The notes under the pieces were generated by a model. It was not told where the DNA came from. It saw nothing but the letters and a program-made list of their open reading frames with translations, and searched no databases. Position numbers and translations under genes: made by a program. This document shows positions 23,851 to 35,405 of a stretch of DNA of 37,389 bases, one piece after another (within the stretch, counting starts at the first letter, position 1; the number at the start of each line of letters is the position of its first letter). Where the stretch lies: NCBI GenBank assembly GCA_002633005.1, contig NMRA01000807.1, forward strand, positions 100,183 to 137,571, read 5' to 3'. Source of the stretch: Phoronis australis. Taxonomy: Eukaryota; Animalia; Phoronida.

Positions 23851-26800
23851 GTCACTCAGAAATAGAGGAACTTCCTGTCGAATGCGCATGATCATACTTC
23901 TCACACATACTTAGCATCACGAATTATTACGCTACCTTCTGGTGACTGGAAAAATCGCCAGATGTAAAAATGTCAGTTCTCATCAAATCTGTTGCGTATG
24001 CTTCCCTACTCAGCTCCTGTGGCGCTTTGGATAGCCCATATTCCAATGGTTTATCATACTTTTGTATTTTCCACTATATTTTGTGTTTCTATTGTGGTAC
24101 TTATTCACAATCCTAATAAATCATTATATCGCCTAAATGCCCCTTTCTGTCATATTTTTGTACAGACGTAGGTTCGCAGACCCACCTGGGCTTCTTTCGT
24201 TTCTAGCATACGTGAATAAGTCGGTTATAAACAACATTTCGTTTACGCAGGCTTCAGTTTATAAAACGGGGTTCTGCTGATGAAGCCCGTGGGAGCTTTT
24301 TCGGAAAAGGAAACAAGGGGTCTTTTTTGGAAACGATGAAAAACAATCACCTTTTCCGAAACAACACTCTGTATACTTTTTGGATCAAAAGGCGACTTGA
24401 AGAAATCCTTGTCGCCCAGGGCACTTTATTGGAAATCCCCGGAATTAACAAAAATACGTAAACCATGCAGGGTCTAATGACGACATTGCCAGGCGAAATT
24501 CAGTTGGCTGGTTTTTATACCTTACTTTTACTCGCAAATTAAGCAAGGTTGGGTAATTTATTGAGTGCTAACATAGCCTTGCGAAGGCAGGGTTTTACTG
24601 AAGAATCAGCCTGCTCAACAGTAGTTCCTGAAGGCAAGTTCTGGTGCAACGCACCGCGGCAATTCACTGATCGCGGTGCCCGTCTTGCGCACTCCTCCTT
24701 ACGTTTCAGTCATTCTGAATTCATCAATCTTTACCTGATACCTTGTTCGAGACCATAGGTTCATGAAGGCACCAAACAATCCTTGAACTGTTTGTCAAGT
24801 TGGGTACTAGAACGAGCGTATGGGCTAGCCAGACGAGATCCTTACATGCTGTTCAAGCCTCGTTTTGTACTTGGAATGTTAGTCATGAATAAATTTCAAG
24901 AATGGCACCTTACGAGTTTACAACATCCTCAAATTTGTGAAAGTTGATAATTTTGTGCCAGCCAAAAAGCACAGAATGTACGATGTTGCAACACATTTAA
25001 AGATGTCTTTTTGTAATAACAGTTATGAATTGTATGTGAAAATATAACACTTTTCGCATTTCTGAAGGTTAAGGAATATTTTTGCATGTGAAAGGTGTAA
25101 AAGTTTAGCTAAAATTCCTTTTCAATTACTTATAGGTTAAAAGTGGTCTTTTGGCGAACGAAAAAATGTGGAAAACGCACGAACATTTTCAAACCGTGGA
25201 GAGATTTTAAAAAAGCGTATTGTTTCGTGAAGTGCTCTTTTTACTGCTATACTTTTAGAAAATCCGAAAAGCATGAAAAGGCCTTAGACGTTTTACCATT
25301 GTTGTAAAGGGAAAATGACAACGATTGCCGTGTCTCACATTCTATGTCATCAGTTTATGTAAACCAAGTGAAGAATGAATTGAAAATCCACCTCCATTTT
25401 TTTATCCAGTTTTGTCTTCATGACAAATTCATTGCAAAACATGGATTAATATGACAAACGTGACACAAAATGTTGTCAAATGTACAGTTTGAAATATGCC
25501 AAATTTACAATAAGTTTTTGACACTGGCAGAACTTATATCGAAAGTTTGTGTATAATTTTTTTTCATCCAAACAACGAGTTATTTAGAAATTTGGGAGAT
25601 CTTTGACGTTCATGCATGAAAAGATTATATGAAGATAATTTGATTGATCAACGTCTCATTTAGTGGATTGCTAAAGTGCTCAAAGCATTCGCGTGTAACC
25701 ATTTGTTTCCTGCAGCGCAGCAACTAAGTGCTGCTTACAAACTGACCTGATTTCAGCCTGATGGATTAAAACGCCGACGTCTTCTTAAATTAATATAATT
25801 TTGAGATTAAATTTCCTGAAGTACGAAAGATGATTCACTTGTTAGTACAGCACTGACTGAAAGACCAGTTAGTATTCTATCCTAATTTTGTTTATAATCT
25901 AATACGTTTGAGTATCAAAATGCATGTGAACATAGATCAGAGACAAAAGATTAGCAACTCTGGTAGTTTCCTACGAAATTGAGAGAGGAGGCTCCACTCT
26001 CATCTATTGAGCATTTCAGCTTCCGGTTAGTGAGCAGATCGATGACGTACTCAAGCAGGCCATGATACCAAGGGTCTATTCATGAAAGTGATTTCATATT
26101 TAAAGCAGTGGTTTAGTCTTACACTCCTAGTTCACAATTGCTGCAAAAAGCTTTAGCGAAGAAATTGTGAGCGCATCACTCCCTAGAAATAATTAATAGA
26201 AATTATTTCAAAAAATAGTAATTATATACATATTCTCGGAGACTGCACTTTTGCTCAAGTAAGGTTAAATTATTTTTTCGGAAATGGTTGGGTGAAGCGT
26301 AGGATCCTATTAGATGCGTCCTGGGGTAAGAGTGTCAACCTTAAGAAGTCTAAAAGAATGTTGGCCCCTGAGATCATACGAAAAATGGCACTTTTAAATA
26401 TAAATCTCAATTAAAACATTTCATATTTTATTTATTAAATATTTAGTAAGCTACTAATCTATTGTATTTAAATTGACCATGCCAAGGTTTATTGTTGGTT
26501 ATGTCATGTTATCCGGTCTAATTAAAACTGGATTTCTAAGAACTGCAAACGGTCGTTCTAATTGTTGTTTACAAAAATCACAGTTTTGATTGGCCTTGTT
26601 CTTTTATCCCGTCTACAAGAAAGAGGACGACACGGTCACGCCTTTGAGGCCCCAAAGAAAATGGCCGGCGTTTTCATGTCTTACAAAATCTCTGTTTGTG
26701 GATTGAAAACGACTTTCAACAGTGAGGACAGTTGAGCATTTTAAGGATTTAATCACGTTTACATAATCACGTAATCAGTTACTGAAAGAGATCGGTGGGT

Positions 26801-27386
26801 ACGCACGTGACAGAATGATCAGGTAGTTTTATTGAATTGATTTACTTTCAATATATAATTATTGATCTGGCGTCATTACCCATATACTGTGAAATGCTGC
26901 CTAAGATAAAAAAGCCCATAGATTAGAAAAACCAATTTGCAAAATAGTTGCCATAAATGAGCAAAAAGTTGGATGGGTTTCTATCACACAGGTATTCTTG
27001 CAGTCAAACTATGTTTCTGACTGAAAAAGACCACAAAATGTGACAGGCGATTTGTATTACGATATAATACAACGAGCGCCCTATGAGATATGTCGCAATC
27101 ATTTCATTTTGCAACACACCGTGATTCCGATAGGTTATGCTACAACTGACACACTGCTACATTTACCATTTACTGAAATTCAAAACGCTCACTGATGACT
27201 GTCTTTTCAAGGAAGACTATGGGACAACTTTCCAAATTATTTGAGTTAAGCTAAACTGAAAAGCCAAGGCTATCAACCCATTTTATTTAGACTGCTTATT
27301 GTCATAAAACTGGTATTAACTTGTTCTTTGCTCAGATGAGGAATGATTTCCGCGCTAGGGAAGAACTGGCATTTTGTCATTGTTCG

Positions 27387-27719
27387 GCACATAAAATGAC
27401 TCACTGAGACAAGCAACTTACTGAGTCCTCAGCGCCTAAAATGACTCACCGTGACAAGCAATTTACTGAGACCTCAGCGCATAAAATGCCCATGACTCTC
27501 TGTGACAAGCAATCTACTGAGACCTCAGCGCATAAAATGCCCATGACTCTCTGTGACAAGCAATCTACTGAGACCTCAGCGCATAAAATGCCCATGACTC
27601 TCTGTGACAAGCAATCTACTGAGACCTCAGCCCATAAAATGACTCACTGTGACAAGCAGCTTACTGAATACTCAGCGCATAAAAAGACTCACTGTGACAA
27701 GCAACTTTCTGAGACCTCA
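27387..27719 (+). repeat. minisatellite of seven units (45,45,51,51,51,45,45 bp)
   Basis: Unit GCGCATAAAATG(CCCATG)ACTCWCTGTGACAAGCAAYYTACTGAGACCTCA. It gives the ORF 27441-27770. Confidence 0.95.
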
Positions 27720-28217
27720 AGCAATAACGAAATCCCAGTTTCTACCAAGCCAGTGAATCACCTCTCATAGGAGTAAGGCAAATGTTAAAACGGAAAGAGC
27801 CCCAAATCGAAATTTATTTTTTGAAGAAAGTGGGTCTGTAGCCGCTTTTAAAAGTGTTTCATTTTAAAAAATGTCACGTTAACTACTTTCGATTTCCTTG
27901 GTTCCTTGCTTATCCTGAAATGGATTTACGTTACATCAACATCTGTTCACATGTTTTTGTACCCATTGCCTCAAGTAAGTGATCTCATAAGCCGGGTTTA
28001 CCCGGCGTTCATGAAAGGTGAGCCTGAGTACAATGTGAGTATCGAAACATAATTGTTTTTGAAAGTCCGCCACTAAATCGCGCTTGCATGATGTATTTCC
28101 ATGTTTTTGCATAAGCATAACGAATATTCTTGAACATAAATTAAATGCTTTAGTTGTATAACGAAACTATTTATAAACATGTCATGATGTTGTAAGCACC
28201 GTCTTATTATTTTTCAG

Positions 28218-28326
28218 CAGCAAGTGTATGACAATCCATCGTTTATTAGTGACGATGAAGAAGTATCGCCGGAAACAGCCGAGCGTGTTATGCAGAACTT
28301 CGTGAACCGACCAGTGCCGCTATCAC
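28218..28326 (+). CDS. internal exon of host gene (QQVYDNPSFISDDEEVSPETAERVMQNFVNRPVPLS)
   Basis: Polypyrimidine acceptor TTATTATTTTTCAG (NAGNAG), open frame, donor C|GTACGT, phase 0 to 1. Confidence 0.75.
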
Positions 28327-28359
28327 GTACGTTCAAAATTATAGGCCTTGTTTCATTTA

Positions 28360-28460
28360 TCTCCCTCTCTCTCCCTCCCTCCATCCGCCCTCTCCCTCTC
28401 TAACCCTATTAATATCCTTCCCTACCTTTCCATTTAATCCCCTTTCTCTCTGTATCTCTC
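28360..28460. repeat. pyrimidine-rich (CT) low-complexity tract
   Basis: Degenerate CT/CCCT repeats. Confidence 0.75.
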
Positions 28461-28677
28461 TTTGGCATTCGGTACCGAAAGTTATCTGTGGATGTGGAAT
28501 ATTCAGTCATACGGCCAATCATTCCCCAGTTTGCTAAGTCACGTGGCTTTTCATGTGACTCTCTTCTAAGTATCATCCGCGGTGATTAACGCGAGGCAAT
28601 TTGGTCACCGCTTCTCGTCTCTAATTGGTAAAAGCTCTCCACAACATTAGCAATAATCAGCACACACCTGTCTCGTC

Positions 28678-28885
28678 ATTTGGCGAAGTGGGCAAAAAGG
28701 TACGCCTCAAAGAGACAAAAACTTAAAAAAGGAGAAAACGAGACAAAATTTCACTAAAAAGGCAGGAACTACCAAAATTCGATGAATGCACAATTCATAG
28801 CTCTGAACGTACCCCGTGAATCTTAGTAAAAGGTCCACATTCTCAAAAATTCGAGCCCGCCATTTTTAGGCTGGGAGCGCGCATG
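28678..28885. mobile_element. left-truncated second copy of the 2770-3018 MITE
   Basis: Shares TTTGGCGAA.TGGGCAAAAAGGT.CGCCTC, AAACGAGACA, ATGCACAATT, TAAAAGGTCC, AAAAATTCGAGCCC and TTTTAGGCTGGG.GCGCGCATG. Confidence 0.85.
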
Positions 28886-30262
28886 TAGGAGGCACTTTTC
28901 CTTTGTTTTCAAGTAGCTCGATTTCATGGTTCCTCATTCCGCGAGACCAGTCATTGAAGATTTTATCTTTGACCTTAAGGAGTTGATTGTGTTAACGAGT
29001 CATGACATAGACTGTCATTTGTTTCCGCCGTTTCTGGCCGGAAGTCGTAAGGGCGCACTTCTGTTTGCGTGTATACCCATTAAAGCAGTGTGTCAACAGG
29101 TGTCGTAAGTGTCTGAAGTCTGCACATGCGCAGATAATGTTCACTCTCGGGAGAAAATTTGAGGCTACGAAAATATCCGAGTTGTTTGAAAAGTTCCATG
29201 CCCTGCTCTCCTCCTCCCTCTCTTTCTCGGTTTGCCTAAACGTTTCAAGTGGTGGCAAAGGTATTCATTGTAGATCTATTGACATGGGGAGCCTTGTTAC
29301 GGGCCAAAGAAGAGAAATAAAGATAGGAAACCAACCACTTTATAATTGTCGCCCACGGTACAGAACCTTGCACTAATCCTGTATAGGGAAGGAACATATT
29401 GGTCTTACATAGCATTTTTTATACTATAGTTATCTCATATCATGCAACTAGTGGTTGAGTAAAGTTATAATTGAACCAAAACAGCCGCAAGATAAACCTT
29501 AACGTTACATGTACAAAGACATGACGAATCCTGGAGAGTTATCACTTTAACATTTTCCCAAGAGTTATTAATTTGACGAAGACCATTTGTGAACTCATTG
29601 TCGGAATTAGGGGAGGAGGGCTAGAGATCCTGGTCCCTCCAAAGGACGTGACTAAAAACGAAGAAAGCGCCGCTGACAAGGCGTTTTTGGGATTTAAGCG
29701 GTCCTGTTTTCTTCATAAGTTTTGGGTGGGCCCACCTTATGGCGGGGGTGTTTAGTTTATACTGACCTTGGAACGGGTTTAGCGATTTTTGTAACATATT
29801 ATAGAGTACCGCGGTCTATTTATAGCCATGTAGTCAGTATTCTACTAATCGCGATACTGAATGGAATTCAGTAGGTGCGTCTACCGAGCATGCGCAATCT
29901 AACTAAAATCTGGAAATTGCGTCATGCACACTTTAATGGCTAATGGCCTTAGTAACAAAAATAGCCCAAGCAAGTAATATGGGTCGCGTGGCGCCTTCTC
30001 ACATTAGACTTGCTTTCGACTGCTATTGAACATTACTTTCATACGGCCGTACAACTTAACCAACGGACTACACATGTGAAATAACTGCCGTCCCATGCTA
30101 CTTTGATTTCAATTCTGCCTTGACAGGCATTCTGCCACTCTGTTGACTGTCCGATGTTCAAGTTTTTGTTCTAGTTCTTATGAGGCGGGAAGAAACTTAA
30201 CCTGTCCTTGAGTTCCGCGAAAACATTTTTGTTGGCGCCGTTGTGCATGCATCAGTGATAAA

Positions 30263-30264
<2 letters not shown>

Positions 30265-30324
<60 letters not shown>

Positions 30325-30370
30325 CCACCATCATCATCATCATCATCATCATCATTATAATCATCATCAT
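30265..30370. repeat. (CAT)n microsatellite
   Basis: Long TCA/CAT trinucleotide run with a few CAC/TAT interruptions. Confidence 0.95.
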
Positions 30371-30674
30371 TATTATATGATCTTTACAATCATTATTGTT
30401 TATGTATTATTTAGTTTATCCTTCGTTTAATTATTGCCTCATCAGATGTTTTTCAGTTTTTACTGGTCGTTTTGTTTTTTGCTCAGTTGTACAATTACCA
30501 AATTCAAATTACAGTACCCAAACGCAAGTACCTACACTGCACACGAGTACTGAGGATGCATACACGTATTGGCCTCGTCTCATGTCCCAATGCGTTATAA
30601 AATACCATCGATTTTATCATACAGCTCCCCGACACAACTTTGTTTTAATTACCTCAATGTATCTCATCCAACAG

Positions 30675-30833
30675 AACATCCTTTTGGGGTACATAATCCA
30701 TATAAAGAGGCCCTCTATGGAGAAGTTGAAGGACGAGGGCGGAGGAATGGTATTGACCATAGCCGAATTCTTATGTGGCTTGCGTTTTTCATGGCGATTC
30801 TCGTCCTTTGTGTTATTGTGATAATACTTGCAG
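30675..30833 (+). CDS. transmembrane-helix exon of host gene
   Basis: Acceptor CTCATCCAACAG, phase 1 to 1, donor CAG|GTAAGA. Encodes (Q)HPFGVHNPYKEALYGEVEGRGRRNGIDHSRILMWLAFFMAILVLCVIVIILA. Confidence 0.8.
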
Positions 30834-31111
30834 GTAAGAGCAGGTGTGCATCATTTAACTTTAGAGAAGCACGTCAAAATCCTGTCAAAGTAAAAATAAA
30901 AACGGATGGACCACGTTTGAATGTAGACCTCGCGCCTTGGAATGCCAACCCCCTCACGTGATCAATGTATTCTAATCATTAGAGCTTACGACTAAATGAC
31001 TGGCCGCGAGAGTTTACTGTGAATTTCCGGCTGTCTGTTCGACTGAGTTTTGATTGAGTGTTGTTGTCAAATCAAGCCTCATTTCAATGACTCATTTTCA
31101 TTTTTATTCAG

Positions 31112-31158
31112 TATGCGAGACTCTTGAAACAACGATGCTAGACAACCAGCAAAATTAA
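31112..31158 (+). CDS. putative terminal coding exon ((V)CETLETTMLDNQQN*)
   Basis: Acceptor CATTTTTATTCAG in phase 1, matching the upstream exon. TAA at 31156-31158. Confidence 0.6.
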
Positions 31159-31567
31159 TCAACAAATCCGACAATTACATTGGTCATTCTATATACGCAC
31201 CGGCCCGTGGCCCTGGCCGGATATGGGGAATAGTCTAGCCTCTGACATCTTTTCATCCTCAGTCTTAGAATCACTTTTGGCAACCTGTCAAACTACATGC
31301 TAGAAATTTTTTAACAACACATTTTTGGGTGTTGAGATCATGTAACTGCATTTTCCGGAAAGAAGTGACGTTTGGTTTCTGAGTGTTTGTGACTTTCGAA
31401 AAACTACTCATATTTGCGTAGCTAATTGTTTGGGTGTTCATCAGTTATTAGTGGTTTCATTTTTTCTATAATAATTGATTTGTGCAGTGTTAACCTGTTA
31501 CCGAGAAAGCTTTTTGTTAATTCGATTTCTGAGCAGTTGCAGTATGTAGCATTACTTATACCCGTGA

Positions 31568-31573
31568 AATAAA
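31568..31573 (+). promoter_or_regulatory. candidate polyadenylation signal AATAAA
   Basis: AATAAA about 410 nt downstream of the predicted stop. The hexamer is common in AT-rich DNA. Confidence 0.3.
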
Positions 31574-31640
31574 TTTAAAAATTAATAGTTCACTTTGTAA
31601 AAAATCCAATCCAATACTTTTTGTTGCTGACAGCGTACAT

Positions 31641-31802
31641 TGTACTTGCTTACAGTGCGTGTACTTGGTTACAGTACGTGTACTTGCTTACAGTGCGTGT
31701 ACTTGCTTACAGTACGTGTACTTGCTTACAGTACGTGTACTTGCTCACAGTACGTGTACTTGCTTACATTACGTGTACTTGCTTACATTACGTGTACTTG
31801 CT
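31641..31802. repeat. 19-bp minisatellite, about 8.5 units
   Basis: Unit TGTACTTGCTTACAGTACG. Confidence 0.95.
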
Positions 31803-32274
31803 AATTGTCCTGCTCTTGGCGGACTATCTCACTTTTTGAAAATTTTCCCGCCATCACGCCACACCACCAAAATGTCTCGCTTTTTGACACACGGCGATAC
31901 TGACATATACTGGCATATACTAGTGCAATTTCCTACAGGACGTAGCACTATTTTGTTGTTCGACTAAAAAGAAAAAAAACGGGACGTTTCATGGGTTTTT
32001 GAGCCACTTGCAATTGCCCATTCCACTCAAAAAAACAAAAGACGCTGTAGAGCCGGTTTTGTCTTTTGCTGCGAACATTTCACCCTAGCATTTTGTCTTA
32101 GNAGAGTGATACACCATCGGGAATGATAAGGGGCTGTCTAATGATATGACTCTTAAGCAATTCGGTTGAACAATGCCGCATTGAAAAAATTTTAGCGACA
32201 GTAATTTCCATAGCAATAACCAACACCGAAACAAACGAATGTAATCAAATCCCAACCTCAGCAGCACGAGATCG

Positions 32275-32460
32275 CTCGCTGATTCCCTGCGTGTAGATAA
32301 CACGCAGGTATCATTAAGTAGCACGCGTTTTATCAGTGGTTGATGTAACCTCGGCAATCATTGGTAAGTTTTACCACTAAGAAAGAAAATGGCGGACTAG
32401 ATCAACGATTTTTAGCCTTGTCATGCAAGTGGCGTAACAGCAACTGTTTCGTTTCTATGG
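32275..32460 (+). mobile_element. left end of hairpin-TIR family element (homologous to 35406-35595)
   Basis: CTCGCTG.TTCCCTGCGTG...CACGCAGGTATCA, GATGTAACCTCGGCA, TTTTTAGCCTTG.CATGCAAGTG and CAGCAACT.TTTCGTTTCT shared colinearly. Confidence 0.85.
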
Positions 32461-32592
32461 TAATGAAACTAGTTGCCAAAAAGTTGACCCTGAAATGTTT
32501 ACTGTAAAGATTTCTATTGAAAATTCATTATATGTGGTTAGGAGAATAAAATTAACTTGGTTGCACTTAGTGCAACTTTGAGCATTTTTCAT

Positions 32593-32625
32593 AATTCAAG
32601 ATGGCGGCTTCCGCCATCTTGAATT
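32593..32625. repeat. perfect 15-bp-arm palindrome made of two inverted YY1-like motifs
   Basis: AATTCAAGATGGCGG-ctt-CCGCCATCTTGAATT. Confidence 0.85.
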
Positions 32626-33399
32626 TCGCCTAATTTCCACACCCTGAACATGATGCCGTGTAGGATCCTGCAATTTATGTTTTCCAATGTTTTTGGGACG
32701 CAGAGACCATTAAAGTGACCCAGCATCCAAAATGAGTCTTAAGTCGGGATTTGTCATTTTTGTAATTGTTATTTTTTTGTTAAAAAAAAGTATTTTATGA
32801 TCATTTTGATGTATGAAACATGTCCTTATCTTAACAAATTACCGAGTTATTGCCAATTCCAGTCGGGGAAAGTGAAAATTTAGAGCTTACAAAAGTCAAG
32901 GAAAATGGAAGAGAAAAAGTGCCGATAGTGTTTTTGAAATTTCCATAGCAACCCGCAATTGAATGCTACATTCTAGACTTTTTAGTATACACAACCATAT
33001 AAACAAATATAAGTAATCAAAAATTAGAAAAAATATAGACCTTATTACGTAATTTCAGCCAAAAACGAGTGATATTCATGTTGGGTTGCTGCAACTGGGT
33101 CAATAAATTTCCCAGCTAATGTATGCAGGATCAGTCCACTTGTGGCAGGAGGGGTTACCGCAAGTAAAACAGGTACTTAAATTGTATTTTGGAGAAGTTA
33201 AATAAAACGAAGTCCTGCAGATTACAAAATGCACATTAGTGGCTGACTTGTGTTCACAATAATTCAAAATTTTACGCTAGTATAAATAATTTTGAAAAAA
33301 TGACAAACATTCATCCCTATCCAAGTCAACTGACACTGACTGCAGAGCAACGATTTCCTCGACTTCTCACCGAGTGATTCAGTCAGGACTGAGTCCAAT

Positions 33400-35290
33400 C
33401 GAAGATTGTTCTCTCTTGCAGTAATACTCAGCTGCTTGCACCCCGATCCACTTGTTTTGCAGGTACAAGACATTGTTCAGCGATTAAGCTAATCCGGACT
33501 GTTTTTCTTCAAGTTCTGCTCGTTTCAATTCACGATGGGTCGATTATGAAACTCATCTGGCGACGAGTTGCTGCCGTCAGACGACTCGTCGCTGTCATGA
33601 AATTCCTCCTTGTCCCCATCCACAAATATGCTCTTCGATGAGTTCAGTTAATTCTCGCTGATATTGATACGGCAAGAGTTAATCACTGAGATATCAGCTA
33701 CACGGCGATCAGCCGTCTTACTGTCTTGTAAATATGCCGTGACCTCGAGACCCCACAGTTTCACACCCCCTTAACTAGTTCTAGCGAATGAAGTCAGCGA
33801 TGTATTAGGTTAAAAGGTCGTTGCTAGCAACCAGACTGGTAAGTGACACCTCTGTTGAAGTTATTATATATGCGAAAAGCGAAATTACTACTAATGATTG
33901 GACGAAACACTCAGAGCTTACTACACGCATAATGAGCAGAGATTGACCTTTCACCGCTGAGCAATGGGGTAACGAAAAGCGGCGAATGTTGATGAAAATT
34001 TCACGAACTATCCAGTCGTGGAGAAGTTGATGTTTTTCAAAATGAAATAAATAAGGTTTAAAATGAAGTTTTCTAGTTTTAAAGCAATGTTTTGTGAAGT
34101 AAAATGAATGAATAATCATAATCTGCCATAAAACATTTTGAGCTAATTTTCACCGAAAGCTACTGTTTGCAGTCTGGACAGGAAATAGAGTTTTCGACTC
34201 ATTTTGTCGTGCTGGGTCACAATATTATTTTATGGATGCAAGGTCAAAGTCAAGGCCAAATGAGAGGTCAAAGGTCACGTTAAACTGAAACAAGGAAAAT
34301 TCATCTTGTTTTTGCGAGACGAAATGTTAAATTTATGAGAAATGCGAATTTATCATTTCTGTGATTCCATTATATCAAGAGTAAGGGATAGCTACTGGAA
34401 TAAGATATCCTCCCAACATCTCAATAACTAGTTTAAAATATTGCTGTACCAGACATACGCATGCCGCTCAGGAAGCCCCATCGCACTGATCACCTTGGAC
34501 CATCTGTTGATTTATTAGTTGAAACAGAGCTGAGGATCTAGGGACTTGACTCAAGCGACCAGCAGTGTGCCCCATGTCACTCGAAAACACGATCATGAGT
34601 AGAGGAAGGACACTAGGTCACACTGCCTCCTGATAGTGAATAGGGCGCGGTATGTGTAGAGATTACGCGTAATCCGTGCAGCTTACATATATGTAGACTA
34701 TTTATGGGCGCTATTATTAATCCAAGGAAAACTCATAAACTATGACTTTTGGAACTTGCTATAAAGTAAATTTCCCGCCTTTGCGGAGCCGCCTGGGGTC
34801 TTCTACTGGGGATTGATGACTCACTGGTTCTCGAGAAAATGTCACCTCCCCCCCTTCGTCGGTGTTCATAGAGAACAGCTTCAAGGCAATGGACCACTGA
34901 CTGCCATAAGTTCAACTTAACACCTCCGTGTCTACTCAGAAAGGGGTTATTGGAGTCTCTGACAGCTAGTTCAAACCAAGAACTTTTCTCTGTCCCTTAC
35001 CGTCACGCCTTGTGACCTCTCATTTTGGCGGCACTTGTTCAGGTCAAATCTTTGAAATGTTCCATTATGTCCAAAATACTACCATTCCACTTCTCCATTT
35101 GAGTCTTGGCGTCAACTGGCATCTTAGACGTCCCATAAACCAAGAGCTAGGAGACGTCAGTGTTGTCACAAGTGCTTCTGATGGTGTGGGTGCCTTCTTC
35201 CATCACCTTTCAACATTTACCAATACAACGTCTGCTTCAGCATGTGTAATTACACAGTGGCTCTCCTTGACCCACTCGATGTTAAATAGA
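33400..35290 (-). pseudogene. decayed Academ-type transposase C-terminal half (XPG/PIN-like domain plus Cys finger)
   Basis: Minus-strand motifs in the expected order across frameshifts: THAEADV (about 35227-35247), IRSTCDNTDV-x2-LLVY (about 35135-35182), QMEKWNGSILDI (about 35066-35101), RALF...SLP-x-TH...AH (about 34570-34650) and SCTCKTSGSGC...YCKRE (33400-33473). These resemble the HEEAD / DTDV / LPPT..RA / Cys8 series. Confidence 0.7.
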
Positions 35291-35405
35291 AGGGAATAGC
35301 TTAATACACATGGAAGGTTGTTTAACATAGCGTTCTTTAGAATAGTTTCGCGGCAAAAAGGGATGTTTGGTAACAAGGGTTAGTATGACTTCCTCAACTT
35401 TCCCC

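Noticed and set aside
24560-24710. BEN-like coding remnant on the minus strand (…VNCRGALHQNLPSGTTVEQADSSVKPCLRKA)
   Set aside because: Only a vague resemblance, with stops upstream and no diagnostic motif.
14341-26344. One 12-kb Kolobok element bounded by TTAAGGTTGACA / TGTCAACCTTAA
   Set aside because: The inverted match extends only 8 bp beyond TTAA and no transposase was found between. Could be two separate elements or chance.
26661-26725. Alternative first exon MAGVFMSYKISVCGLKTTFN with donor A|GTGAGG
   Set aside because: The phase-1 donor does not fit the phase-0 exon at 28218, and AAAATGGCCG is a common TE/YY1 motif.
27405-27407. Selenocysteine codon (TGA aligned with TGT in sister repeat units)
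   Set aside because: A single T>A change in a minisatellite explains it. There is no redox motif and I identified no SECIS.
29030-29135. Internal promoter (CCGGAAGT ETS-like and TGCACATGCGCA NRF1-like motifs)
   Set aside because: Short motifs that are frequent in transposon remnants, with no associated first exon identified.
30396-30961. ORFs 30396-30821 and 30569-30961 as complete genes
   Set aside because: Only 30675-30833 is bounded by splice sites. The rest is intron read-through or an overlapping frame.
27387-31802. CRISPR-like arrays (45/51-bp and 19-bp repeats)
   Set aside because: Units are contiguous with no unique spacers, the context is eukaryotic, and there are no cas genes.
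31621-31967. Hydrophobic Cys/Tyr-rich ORFs in the track
   Set aside because: Artefacts of the 19-bp tandem repeat cycling through frames.
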